A DNA stretch of 64,000 nucleotides from Antedon mediterranea. Lineage: Eukaryota; Animalia; Echinodermata. The position numbers were made by a program, and so were the translations under genes. The stretch lies in NCBI RefSeq assembly GCF_964355755.1, contig NC_092671.1:806001-870000 (forward strand). Reading direction: 5' to 3'. Below the pieces are notes generated by a model. That model did no database searches. It had not been told where the DNA came from and saw only the letters and a program-made list of their open reading frames with translations. Below are positions 39,101 to 54,100 of this stretch, in pieces; the first letter of the stretch is position 1; every line of letters begins with the position of its first letter.

Positions 39101-42100
39101 GTGATATGACATCATCATTTCCATATATGGGCACATCACATTTTTTTTCACATAAAGTTTGATAGTATAGACATGGTTTAAGAATCTGATTATGTTAAGA
39201 GTTATGTTTTTACATTTCACCTGATGAGTGTGTTTAGCCCTGCTAGCATACAAAACAATTTTGTTGTGTAATAAATACTATGAAGTAACCAAGTTTTAAT
39301 ATTATTACCGGTATTTGTAATATATATCTACCAATGGTATCGAGCACTGTAACAAGACCATCTAGTTATCTCCTACTCTTAATGGTATGAAGCACTGTAA
39401 CAAGACCATCTAGTTATCTCCTACTCTCAATGGTATGAAGCACTGTAACAAGACCATCTAGTTATCTCCTACTCTTAATGGTATGGAGTACTGTAACAAG
39501 ACCATCTAGTTATCTTTTACTCTTAATGGTATGGAGCACTGTAACAAGACCATCTAGTTATCTCCTACTCTAATGGTATGGAGCACTGTAACAAGACCAT
39601 CTAGTTATCTCCTACTCTTAATGGTATGGAGCACTGTAACAAGACCATCTAGTTATCTCCTACTCTTAATGGTATGGAGCACTGTAACAAGACCATCTAG
39701 TTATCTCCTACTCTAATGGTATCGAGCACTGTAACAAGACAATCTAGTTATCTCCTACTCTTAATGGTATGGAGCACTGTAACAAGACCATCTAGTTATC
39801 TCCTACTCTTAATGGTATGGAGCACTGTAACAAGACCATCTAGTTATCTCCTACTCTTAATGGTATGAAGCACTGTAACAAGACCATCTAGTTATCTCCT
39901 ACTCTTAATGGTATGGAGCACTGTAACAAGACCATCTAGTTATCTCCTACTCTTAATGGTATGAAGCACTGTAACAAGACCATCTAGTTATCTCCTACTC
40001 TTAATGGTGTGGAGCACTGTAACAAGACCATCTAGTTATCTCCTACTCTTAATGGTATGGAGCACTGTAACAAGACCATCTAGTTATCTCCTACTCTAAT
40101 GGTATCGAGCACTGTAACAAGACCATCTAGTTATCTCCTACTCTAATGGTATCGAGCACTGTAACAAGACCATCTAGTTATCTCCTACTCTAATGGTATG
40201 AAGCACTGTACCAAGACCATCTAGTTATCTCCTACTCTTAATGGTATGAAGCACTGTACCAAGACCATCTAGTTATCTCCTACTCTTAATGGTATGGAGC
40301 ACTGTAACAAGACCATCTAGTTATCTCCTACTCTTAATGGTGTGGAGCACTGTAACAAGACCATCTAGTTATCTCCTACTCTTAATGGTATGAAGCACTG
40401 TAACAAGACCATCTAGTTATCTCCTACTCTTAATGGTATGGAGCACTGTAACAAGACCATCTAGTTATCTCCTACTCTTAATGGTGTGGAGCACTGTAAC
40501 AAGACCATCTAGTTATCTCCTACTCTTAATGGTATGGAGCACTGTAACAAGACCATCTAGTTATCTCCTACTCTTAATGGTATGGAGCACTGTAACAAGA
40601 CCATCTAGTTATCTCCTACTCTTAATGGTGTGGAGCACTGTAACAAGACCATCTAGTTATCTCCTACTCTTAATGGTATGGAGCACTGTAACAAGACCAT
40701 CTAGTTATCTCCTACTCTTAATGGTATGGAGCACTGTAACAAGACCATCTAGTTATCTCCTACTCTTAATGGTATCGAGCACTGTAACAAGACCATCTAG
40801 TTATCTCCTACTCTTAATGGTATGGAGCACTGTAACAAGACCATCTAGTTATCTCCTACTCTTATGCAAGAACCTACAGTATATACAGTATATTCTTTCA
40901 TTTTAGTAATTGCTAACTAAATAATATTTGATGAACCTTGCTAAAGTATCTTATAGATAACCAAAATATATACTTAGGCAAATTGCCAAGAATTATAATC
41001 AAACGCAAATAAATCCACTCTCCTTCTTAAAGACACCTTCCCTACAATTTGTGACGTTTTGTAAAAATAATACATATATATTACTTTAAAAACATTAAAC
41101 CAGGTCATTCCTTGTCTTAAATGTACGTTTTATGGTAAATTATGATAAAAAGTGAGAAAAAATGCACTAACTAAGTAGCTCGTGGCGACTGACCTCTCGT
41201 GGTCGGTCTTTAGGCCTAGCCTAGCTAGGCTTAGTATTGTAGGCCTAGCTAGTAAACATCGGTAACGTACGAACATTGTACGCTAGCTATAGGCCTAGCC
41301 TTACGTTGTATAGTTGCTGCATTAATTGTCTTTCTATTTTTGCCAGACTCCGTTGATACAAATTGGGGAAAACTCGGTATTTTCGCTGAAAAGTTAGTTG
41401 TCTTCCATTTGTTTTGGCCTCATGATCGATCGAAAAGTGGGTGAATTACAGAAGAAAAACAGAAATATCAATCCGCGCGCAATGCATTTTGGGATTTATA
41501 GCGGGTGGCTATAATTATTAGAATCGACTTATTTTTCACATTTTTAACCATTTAAAGACAAAAAAAGTTATCGCAATAGGACCATATAGTATTATTTTTA
41601 CATTAAATATAGTTTGTGATCTTAAAATAGATCTAAAAAACGTAGGGAAGGTGTCTTTAAACATAAAATACACAAGATGCTCTACACACAATAGGCCTAC
41701 AAAGTCTTAAACAACTTGAAGTCTTTATGAACGGAGTTCTGACTGGATTTGAGCCCTGGGATCGATAGCCAGTAGCATCTTAAAATGAACATTTAAGACT
41801 TGCAACTGTACCGGTTATGAAAATATTGTAATTCATTTAAGAACAATAGTTTACCAACTAAGTTTAGTTATAACTTACATTATTAAGTATGAACTAATTG
41901 AATATGATTATGTTAAAGACAATACAATACTGTTTTGTTTACATTTGATTTCACAGCCAAAAAAATTAACATACAATTTTTATAATGAAATTTTTTTTTA
42001 ATATAGGCCAGGTTAACAGAGATAGGAAGTTCTTGACAATTTCTAGAAAGCTATAAAATAGCACATAAAAAAATAGGAAAACACACATTAATTATGTTGT

Positions 42101-45100
42101 ATAGAATGAAAGGAAATAGTAAAAACATTTATGTTTAAAAACCTCAAACTAACTATAACACAATGCCAACAAATACAAAATGGTGGTATATTGTTGATAC
42201 ACAACACAATGTAAACCACACTGCATAATACTAGCAAGCTTCATTTTGTAACAAAACACTATATTAATTTAATCCAATGTTAGGTGGACAAGTCAGTGAG
42301 GCCACAGAGGATATATTATTTATCACAGTTTAGCATTTTATTATTCTCATTTATTACATCTAGTGAGCTCACTCCCCCTGCTGTTAAAAAAGAGCTGTTT
42401 AATAATTTTACCCATGGTTACAGTGCGATGGATTCTAGTGTTTGACACTGTGAAAACATGACCTATATGGGTAGAATTATCCAATAGGATTCAATGTATG
42501 ATATCTCAACCTCACCTCCTTGAGATGCTTTTTCTATAAACCTGTCAATGTAGAGTATGCATACAAGATAGATGTTTATTTTGTACATCTTTACAACAAT
42601 ACAATGAAATAATCACAAACACATTGAATCTATGAGGCTTACTGGATAATTTGTCATTATGTACTTGAGATATTAATACAGTTAGCTTTCAGAGCCTTCA
42701 CACAAAATGTGTATGTCACAGGTTCCCAATGTTTATTAATGACAAAACATTTTGCTTCAGCACATCCTAACAAAACAAAATAATGCACTTACTAATAATG
42801 TCAACATTAGCATGTTTACTAACAACAGTTAACGTCCCAGGAACCTGTGCGCTGCAAACGTAATTCCCAGAATCCTCTTGTATAACGTTCTGTAGAATAA
42901 GGTTCCTACGACCCGTGTAGGTGGGGTTGCGTATCTTGTGCCCATCTGAAATCACAGGTTCACAAAGATCAGGTTAAATAAAATACTGTATAGAGTAAAT
43001 GAAATACTGTATTGGGTAAATAAAATATTGTATTGGGTAAATATAATACTGTATTGGGTAATTAAAATATTGTATTGGGTAAATATAATACTGTAGAGGG
43101 TAAATAAAATATTGTATTGGGTAAATATAATACTTTAGAGGGTAAATAAAATATTGTATTGGGTAAATATAGTACTGTAGAGGGTAAATAAAATATTGTA
43201 TTGGGTAAATATAATACTGTAGAGGGTAAATAAAATATTGTATTGGGTAAATATAATACTGTAGAGGGTAAATAAAATATTGTATTGGGTAAATATAATA
43301 TTAGTAAAGTTGTAAATGAATAAAGATCATAGTAATAAAAAAAATATTTCCTTTTTAAACTAAAAAATTAATTATTAATCGTCCATTATTAATTATTCAT
43401 TCTAAAAAGAATCTCATTTGTAGAGTGTTTATTGATGAAAGAAGAAATGTTATTTTATAAAAAATAAATATAATTCAAAACCATTTGTAAAAAAATATTG
43501 AGCAAACGCATATTTGGTAAAATGCCATTGAATATAAAATCATTAAAGCGTGACTAGCTAAAGAGAAAATGGCTACCACATGGCATTATGACACAGTAAT
43601 TGCTTTTGGGTTTTGTCGATTGGAGAAACGAACGTCCGTGGACATACAACATAGTGTTGTTTGGTCATTTCCATATGCTAGGATTCTGTTTTAATACCCA
43701 TTCTACGACGTAAGCCCATTAAGTATGATTACTTTGACCGTGCTTTTCATGGATCATCGGTAGCTATAAGGCATACTGTTTGACGCACGTCTTTTAATTT
43801 ATTTCATGAATAAAATCACGATTAAAATACTTCTGTTTAAAAATGAGCCACCATAAAATAAGGAAACCAATTACACTTTATGGAGTAGCATACTACTCAT
43901 TTCTCAGTACTGCATTTATATTTCTCAATATTACTTATTTTTAAAAGTCAAAATTATAATATTATAATTTGTTAAAAATCAATAATTTTCAGTCATTTCA
44001 GACTTCACCACACAATAAGACCATTGATGATGCCTCTATAGTAGAGTTTTCACCAAAATTGTGTTTTTAAGTTAAATACTAATAATTAGGAAATAACACA
44101 TATATATAATGTTTGCATTTCAAAACAATAGATTAACATCAGGTAAATTATAATAATTATATTTTTATAAAACACAGCAAAAAGTATTACTAATATTCAC
44201 ATATAATTCCAAATTTTGACAAACACAAATTTATGCTTAGGCATTTCATTTTTAAAATATTCATACAATAATTATTTTGTTTTTCCATCTGTACTACTTC
44301 AGTTATTTCGCCAATTTCTGAAACAAGTTTTATTTGTATATGGCAACAATTTATAGACAAACTCACATTTGCAGTTTCATCAGAAAATTATGAGTTAATA
44401 AAAAATGTTAAAATATTTGTAGGCTCATAATTCATATTACTTATAGTCCAATGTCATAACTGTATTTATATTTAGCGCTATGTAGTTAGTACATTATTTA
44501 TGTTATTTTTTACAACATGCTTCTACCTATCAAAGAAATCATGCGTTAACTTTGTATATACAAAATATAAACACAGCAAAATCATAACATGTAGTATAGT
44601 AATGGTCGTCATCGGAGTTACTCAAGCGTGACTTACTAAATCCATTGCTTAAGTAATCAAATATGAATGAACATACATACGGACATGCATGAATAAACTT
44701 GCAAAATAAGAATGTACTAAATCACCTGTACGTGTCCATGTTACGTTCATGTTTGATGGTCCTTCAAACAGGCATTCTAATTCAACGTGCCGTCCGGCTA
44801 CCATTCGTACATCCTTGGGATTGGATACAATGACTGGTTGCCTTGCGAGTGACGTTGAGGATGTAACATTTAATGTAATGATCGGTCCGTTTCTTTGGCC
44901 TGCTATATTCGCAGCTTTGCAGCGATATCGACCGGCATCATCTAAGTGTAGGCTCAACAGATGAAGTACGCCAGACGAAAGCACAACAACCCTACAATTA
45001 GACAAAAATGCTCAAAGTAATAGTTCAATGTCATTTACCGTATGTACAAAAAACGAAATTCAATATTTTAACATCACAATATAATATCATTAAAACTAAA

Positions 45101-48100
45101 ACATTTATATTAAATACAGTTGTAAAAACTCGGAAATAATTAAAATAATATAAATTGAATACCATATTTGCCACAAAATATATGAACATATGATTTTTTT
45201 TATTTCAATAATGATATGCAAATTTCATGTAAATTAGTATAAGAGTTTGTGACACATTGATCTTTAAACGATATTAAATGATCTTTAATGTATACTTAAA
45301 GTCTAATTTATATTCCCTATCCTTTCATTAAACCATTAAGACAATTTCATCATTTCTCAATCTTAAACTTAAGTTATATAACTCCATGATTCAAGCTGAG
45401 CTATTTTTCTGTTAAAATAATGTGAATTTAAAGTCAAAGATGATCTTTCAAAATAATCACATTTATAATCAATTTTGTAAAAAATAATGTTAATAATGTT
45501 ACTAATGTTAATAATGTTACTAATGTTAATAATGTTACTAATGTTACTAATGTTACTTGATGATGAAACCTGATCTAATCTTCTTAGCATACAGTTGGTT
45601 ATTTTCATTTTAAAATTATTTTATCTGGTTTTTATATTAACTATCTGTATAATTCTTTACGTTAAACCATTCGTGAAAAAGTACATATTCATTAATGGTA
45701 TAACTTTATCTGATAGCTGTCCTACTACTAATGTGGCCCTCTCTGTACCATGAAAGTGTGACATGTTAGTAAATTAATTTATAAATAATATTCAAGTTTA
45801 TAACAGGTAGTGTGATTTTAACTTTCATTCTTGTGGCCAATAAGGTGCCTACTACTAAACATTCGCCTTTCCCTCCACAACACTATCAAATGTGTAAAAG
45901 ATTCCTAGATAGATTGACGTTGGCAATTCATTTCAAACCTGGAACACCTATACTCACTAAATGAATAAGCATGGTGGCGTAACGCAGAGACCCAAGGCCC
46001 CTTGGGACTCTAAATTAGCCCTCAATGCTGAAGGCGACATATCTTAATACCTCTTATTATTGGCCCTGCTCAGGACTCCATAAGCTCAGAGCCCTTGGGT
46101 TAAGCCAGTGTGCGCTCATAGCCGTTACACCACTAAAAGCACCATGTGAAAGCCCGACAACTGAAAGTGAACCCATCAAGATCTGATAGTAATCACTTGA
46201 GTATCAAAATGCTCCCTGGTTTAACCATGTGTAAATTTGTGTTTAAGTTCGTCATGATATGATGGTATTTAGTGCAATGCTGATAATCTAACATGAATAT
46301 TTAATATGATATCTAACACAATGAAGGTCATGCTAATGAACTGTACTCCATGAAATAAAATGATGTTTATACTTTTTACTTTAAAGAATAATGTATGTTA
46401 TTACTCTATTTTAAGATTATACTTAAATTAAGATCCACTAAAGTAGATCCAATAATAGATTGGTATCATAATTTTGGCAATAACCTTCAATGCAACAGGT
46501 GGTATTCAACAAGGATATGCAAATTATAATTGCTTTGGTGATCAACCAAATGTTACAAACTGGTACAAACTGGTTCCACTTTTAAAGATTTATATTAAAC
46601 AATGTCTAATGCAGTACGAGCTGCAAAATGCATCAAATGTTTTCTGAAGAAGGAACTTTTTTTTTAAGGGTGCATTTACGAAACATCCCCGAAAAAAAGA
46701 GTAATTAATCATTCTTTAACAATATTGTAATGGTGTCTAAGTAGATTTAGCGGGTCTTTTGAGGCCTGAGCTGAACCGGCAGGGTACACACCAGTCCTTC
46801 AGGTCTGTGTAGTGACCTTTCAGATATCAAAGGATTTTATGAGAATTCCACAAATCTATGTTCGCGCAAAAATTGAAATTGCTATTCAGTGCCGTTCAGT
46901 GTTTAGTGAACGGCTGAATAGATTGAGAGGGATGTTCTGGTTTTCTGGTAGCACTTTCCAGGTGTAAACAAAACCTAAAAGGGACTTCAACGGACTTCAC
47001 TCTAAATTACCCCTTTCTTACATAACTATAACAACAAAACCAGTGCAACACAAGAGTTGTCAATAGCTTTCGTTTTCATATTATTTTCAAACAAAAAAAT
47101 ATACATAATAATGGACATAAGTTGCAGGTCTGTCTCACACAAGGCAATGCATAATGTCAACTTGAGACAATGATGGCCTGATGTTCTCAATCGAGAACGG
47201 CTAAATAAACAACAAGAACACTACTACGAAGATGTCGAGCAAAAAGACAGAGCGTGCTTAGAATGACTTTTTACTTGAACGTAAACCTGCGTAGTTGAGC
47301 AATGCATTGTAGAAACGAAAGTTCGATAATAAAATATGGTGAGAAAGTAACTTGTTTGTAGGAGGAGAAATTTCTAAATTTTGATATTAGGACCTTTTAA
47401 TTATCTTTGAAAATCTTAAATAATATCGAGCAGATAATTCAAACTACCGTACAGAATTATGATTGGTAAAACATTCTTGCCAAACAGCGCAACATTAGAT
47501 CATTTGACAACAACAATAGCACATGAATGTTTGAATCAAGAGCAATAAAAACTAACAATTACAGTTATTTGCAATGTGCGTTCATTACATACATATTACA
47601 TGTATAAAATGTCATCAACATTATGCACGCAATGTGCGGTAACGCCCTCTGTTGAGAGACAAAGACTGCAAAAACGGATGTACTCAATTTTTACGTTATG
47701 TTCACCCCAAAATTCTCACAGCCACGTCTGAAGTAGGTATAGTCACTTGTGTAAGATGTTTCATTATTACTTATTTTGGATAAAATAATTTTTATATTTG
47801 TGATATGCAATCATATAAAGGGAATATTTATCAGATACGAAATGTGTATGTATTTGTAGATTTTTATCAAACGCCGTATTTGTAAGTTGCGATTATTTTC
47901 GTTTTGTTCGAGCACAGCAAAGTTGTAATTTAACACAGCAAGATATAGTAAGTATTCTTTGATAATATAACATGTATATACCATGGTTAATTTTGCTTTG
48001 CGGTTTTTGACACATTAAGTAGATTACCGCGGAAAAAAAATCTTAAAAACCATACAATTACACCAAAATTAACTGTTGGTGTGCTAAACTATTCATTTGC

Positions 48101-51100
48101 AATATTTAAAATCAGTAAATGTATGCGAGGGGTAGCTGACTCATTTGAGTTACAGCGATGTATTTTTCTTAAGCTGCCCCTGCCCAGCATTTTTTTACCT
48201 CTTTTTTTACCTCTTTTTTTGTTGTTATATATTTATATTGATTTGATGCTGGTCGAATAAATAATTTTTTGATTATTAATAGTAGTATTGTTACAAAATA
48301 TATATTATGGTTGTTTCGTTTCTATTGAAACTATTGTATTCAATTTCTATATTGTAGCTAATTGAAAAAAAACAAACAAAAAATCAAAATTGAATTCCAT
48401 ACTACGAGAAAAAAAAATTTCTTTACAAAATTCCCAAAAATAAGTTCAAATAGGGGTAAAGGTTATAAAGAATAATTTATATAAAGGACAACTATCCAGT
48501 TAAGTTATTTAAAATTATATAATTAAGAACAGATTTTGAAGTTCATGAACTCTATGACATCATTTGACCTAGCATAGTTAGACATGGACAAATATTACAT
48601 GTGGACAATGCTGTAATGTAAACAATTTATCGCAATTCAGTTTTACAGTGAAGATTTCCAAATGCGTAGCATGATAAACGTAGAGTTGAAATGATGATTC
48701 TGTCTTGCAATAACTAATATCAAAAAGGGTACCAATAGAAAATGAATTGGAGATACTGTATGATGAATTCTATATAACACGATAAATACAAAATGATTGC
48801 ATAGAATGTATTTACCAACTACTATGAAATGCAACATTTTGTACATCCCTCCTCCTCTTCCTTTTTTACTACAGTATTAGCTAATATGCTAACAAAAAAA
48901 AAAAAATTGTTTTAAATCTATTAAAGCTCAGGTACAGGCATGAATTTTAAATATAATATTTGGTTAATTGTACATAAATCAAATATTTGTAACAGAAATC
49001 TAGACGAAAAAAACATGAATTTCCCTTAATATGGTCAAATACAAAATTTGGCAAAATTCTTCCATAAAAACCAGGAAGACTTTTTTCAGTAGTTAGGTAG
49101 TTAACCTAATGTAATAACATGTCTGGTGACTCCCTAGATGGTGAAAAAAGATGGTGAATATACGGTGGATAATTTTTTCTATAGCATGAAAATAAAAATC
49201 TGAAGTTGAAAAAAAATATCAGAAATGTAATATTCAAGTTATATTACCTATATTTAGTCATCTGATAACATTTTTTACCACACCATATATTTTTCATAGC
49301 TTTTTAAAATGCCTCTCTATTTACAAAATTTGTGTACAAAAGAATAGAGATTTTACTGTGTAATTTGAACTATCCCCCCACTGATAAGAAAGTGCTTATT
49401 TTCAACAAGCTCGTGTAACACAAATAGAATCTAAAAAATTATGAAACATAGGGGAAACTATAGATCGATAATTATTGGAATGTATGATCAATAGAAATTT
49501 TTTATATAAATACAATACATTTAAAGCGCTTATTTTTGCTTTATATTTGTTTCTCTAAAAATAACTAAATAGTTTAAAGCAACTCATAAAAAAAGGAAAA
49601 ACTGGGATGAGAAACTAACATTTTTTTTTATTTGGCCTAATATATAGCCTAACATTTGGTTCGTATTGGTAAAAAAGGTAAAAAAATGTTTTGCGAGTGT
49701 GACTTCAAACAAATAGAATTATGGTAGACATATGAGTCACAATTTCAAAATTATCATAATTCTTATTTTGCGCATGAAGGATATTATTATATGGTCTTTA
49801 TAAACAAATTGAAGCCATATTAGGCAGGACTAGAGGGACTCATGAATGGTTATTGCAGGTCAATATGTCATAGCATATTCTGACATTAATCCTTCGTATA
49901 TCAGTTTTTCTTAGCAAAACAATATAACATTTGTAGTTCATTGATCCTTACAAAATGAATCACTGTTTATGCTTACATCGGCCTCCCAACAACATTGTCA
50001 TCGTCGGTTCTCTTGAGAGTCACATGGTCCGAGCGCCTTAACCCAAGTCCCTGGTATAATATCATCTAGTTTAGCCAGTTTCCTTGTGAAATCTAGGTCA
50101 TATGTATCACATATTTACATACTGTATGTTTAGGGCATTGGTCTATACAACTTGTACAGTACTCAATTATAATACTGTATGTTTAAAGCAGCATTGGTCT
50201 ATACAACTTGTACAGTACTCAATTATAATACTGTATGCTTAAAGCATTGGTCTATACAACTTGTACAGTACTCAATTATAATACTGTATGCTTAAAGCAT
50301 TGGTATATACAACTTGTACAGTACTCAATTATAATACTGTATGTTTAAAGCAGCATTGGTCTATACAACTTGTACAGTACTCAATTATAATACTGTATGT
50401 TTAAAGCATTGGTATATACAACTTGTACAGTACTCAATTATAATACTGTATGTTTAAAGCAGCATTGGTATATACAACTTGTACAGTACTCAATTATAAT
50501 ACTGTATGCTTAAAGCATTGGTCTATACAACTTGTACAGTACTCAATTATAATACTGTATGTTTAAAGCAGCATTGGTCTATACAACTTGTACAGTACTC
50601 AATTATAATACTGTATGCTTAAAGCATTGGTATATACAACTTGTACAGTACTCAATTATAATACTGTATGTTTAAAGCATTGGTATATACAACTTGTACA
50701 GTACTCAATTATAATACTGTATGCTTAAAGCATTGGTATATACAACTTGTACAGTACTCAATTATAATACTGTATGCTTAAAGCATTGGTCTATACAACT
50801 TGTACAGTACTCAATTATAATACTGTATGCTTAAAGCATTGGTCTATACAACTTGTACAGTACTCAATTATAATACTGTATGCTTAAAGCATTGGTCTAT
50901 ACAACTTGTACAGTACTCAATTATAATACTGTATGTTTAAAGCAGCATTGGTATATACAACTTGTACAGTACTCAATTATAATACTGTATGTTTAAAGCA
51001 GCATTGGTCTATACAACTTGTACAGTACTCAATTATAATACTGTATGTTTAAAGCAGCATTGGTATATACAACTTGTACAGTACTCAATTATAATACTGT

Positions 51101-54100
51101 ATGTTTAAAGCATTGGTATATACAACTTGTACAGTACTCAATTATAATACTGTATGTTTAAAGCAGCATTGGTCTATACAACTTGTACAGTACTCAATTA
51201 TAATACTGTATGCTTAAAGCATTGGTCTATACAACTTGTACAGTACTCAATTATAATACTGTATGTTTAAAGCAGCATTGGTCTATACAACTTGTACAGT
51301 ACTCAATTATAATACTGTATGTTTAAAGCAGCATTGGTATATACAACTTGTACAGTACTCAATTATAATACTGTATGTTTAAAGCATTGGTATATACAAC
51401 TTGTACAGTACTCAATTATAATACTGTATGTTTAAAGCAGCATTGGTCTATACAACTTGTACAGTACTCAATTATAATACTGTATGTTTAAAGCAGCATT
51501 GGTATATACAACTTGTACAGTACTCAATTATAATACTGTATGCTTAAAGCATTGGTCTATACAACTTGTACAGTACTCAATTATAATACTGTATGTTTAA
51601 AGCAGCATTGGTATATACAACTTGTACAGTACTCAATTATAATACTGTATGCTTAAAGCATTGGTCTATACAACTTGTACAGTACTCAATTATAATACTG
51701 TATGCTTAAAGCAGCATTGGTCTATACAACTTGTACAGTACTCAATTATAATACTGTATGTTTAAAGCAGCATTGGTCTATACAACTTGTACAGTACTCA
51801 ATTATAATACTGTATGCTTAAAGCAGCATTGGTCTATACAACTTGTACAGTACTCAATTATAATACTGTATGTTTAAAGCATTGGTATATACAACTTGTA
51901 CAGTACTCAATTATAATACTGTATGTTTAAAGCAGCATTGGTCTATACAACTTGTACAGTACTCAATTATAATACTGTATGCTTAAAGCATTGGTATATA
52001 CAACTTGTACAGTACTCAATTATAATACTGTATGTTTAAAGCAGCATTGGTCTATACAACTTGTACAGTACTCAATTATAATACTGTATGCTTAAAGCAT
52101 TGGTCTATACAACTTGTACAGTACTCAATTATAATACTGTATGCTTAAAGCAGCATTGGTCTATACAACTTGTACAGTACTCAATTATAATACTGTATGT
52201 TTAAAGCAGCATTGGTCTATACAACTTGTACAGTACTCAATTATAATACTGTATGTTTAAAGCAGCATTGGTATATACAACTTGTACAGTACTCAATTAT
52301 AATACTGTATGTTTAAAGCAGCATTGGTATATACAACTTGTACAGTACTCAATTATAATACTGTATGCTTAAAGCATTGGTCTATACAACTTGTACAGTA
52401 CTCAATTATAATACTGTATGCTTAAAGCAGCATTGGTCTATACAACTTGTACAGTACTCAATTATAATACTGTATGTTTAAAGCAGCATTGGTCTATACA
52501 ACTTGTACAGTACTCAATTATAATACTGTATGCTTAAAGCAGCATTGGTCTATACAACTTGTACAGTACTCAATTATAATACTGTATGTTTAAAGCAGCA
52601 TTGGTATATACAACTTGTACAGTACTCAATTATAATACTGTATGCTTAAAGCATTGGTCTATACAACTTGTACAGTACTCAATTATAATACTGTATGCTT
52701 AAAGCAGCATTGGTCTATACAACTTGTACAGTACTCAATTATAATACTGTATGCTTAAAGCATTGGTATATACAACTTGTACAGTACTCAATTATAATAC
52801 TGTATGTTTAAAGCAGCATTGGTCTATACAACTTGTACAGTACTCAATTATAATACTGTATGTTTAAAGCATTGGTCTATACAACTTGTACAGTACTCAA
52901 TTATAATACTGTATGTTTAAAGCAGCATTGGTCTATACAACTTGTACAGTACTCAATTATAATACTGTATGCTTAAAGCATTGGTCTATACAACTTGTAC
53001 AGTACTCAATTATAATACTGTATGTTTAAAGCAGCATTGGTCTATACAACTTGTACAGTACTCAATTATAATACTGTATGTTTAAAGCAGCATTGGTCTA
53101 TACAACTTGTACAGTACTCAATTATAATACTGTATGCTTAAAGCATTGGTCTATACAACTTGTACAGTACTCAATTATAATACTGTATGCTTAAAGCAGC
53201 ATTGGTCTATACAACTTGTACAGTACTCAATTATAATACTGTATGCTTAAAGCAGCATTGGTCTATACAACTTGTACAGTACTCAATTATAATACTGTAT
53301 GTTTAAAGCAGCATTGGTCTATACAACTTGTACAGTACTCAATTATAATACTGTATGCTTAAAGCATTGGTCTATACAACTTGTACAGTACTCAATTATA
53401 ATACTGTATGCTTAAAGCAGCATTGGTCTATACAACTTGTACAGTACTCAATTATAATACTGTATGCTTAAAGCATTGGTCTATACAACTTGTACAGTAC
53501 TCAATTATAATACTGTATGCTTAAAGCATTGGTCTATACAACTTGTACAGTACTCAATTATAATACTGTATGCTTAAAGCAGCATTGGTCTATACAACTT
53601 GTACAGTACTCAATTATAATACTGTATGCTTAAAGCATTGGTCTATACAACTTGTACAGTACTCAATTATAATACTGTATGCTTAAAGCAGCATTGGTAT
53701 ATACAACTTGTACAGTACTCAATTATAATACTGTATGCTTAAAGCATTGGTCTATACAACTTGTACAGTACTCAATTATAATACTGTATGCTTAAAGCAG
53801 CATTGGTCTATACAACTTGTACAGTACTCAATTATAATACTGTATGCTTAAAGCATTGGTATATACAACTTGTACAGTACTCAATTATAATACTGTATGT
53901 TTAAAGCATTGGTCTATACAACTTGTACAGTACTCAATTATAATACTGTATGTTTAAAGCATTGGTCTATACAACTTGTACAGTACTCAATTATAATACT
54001 GTATGTTTAAAGCATTGGTCTATACAACTTGTACAGTACTCAATTATAATACTGTATGTTTAAAGCAGCATTGGTATATACAACTTGTACAGTACTCAAT

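Noticed and set aside
37898-40864. Regular 40- and 48-bp arrays as possible CRISPR
   Set aside because: No unique spacers, no cas genes, eukaryotic context.
47120-47270. Coding-like plus-strand patch (WPDVLNRERLNKQQEHYYEDVEQK)
   Set aside because: Bounded by stops, no recognisable domain or partner exons.
48921-49600. Possible third Kolobok-type element starting ttaa-agctcaggtac
   Set aside because: No matching right TIR or TSD found.
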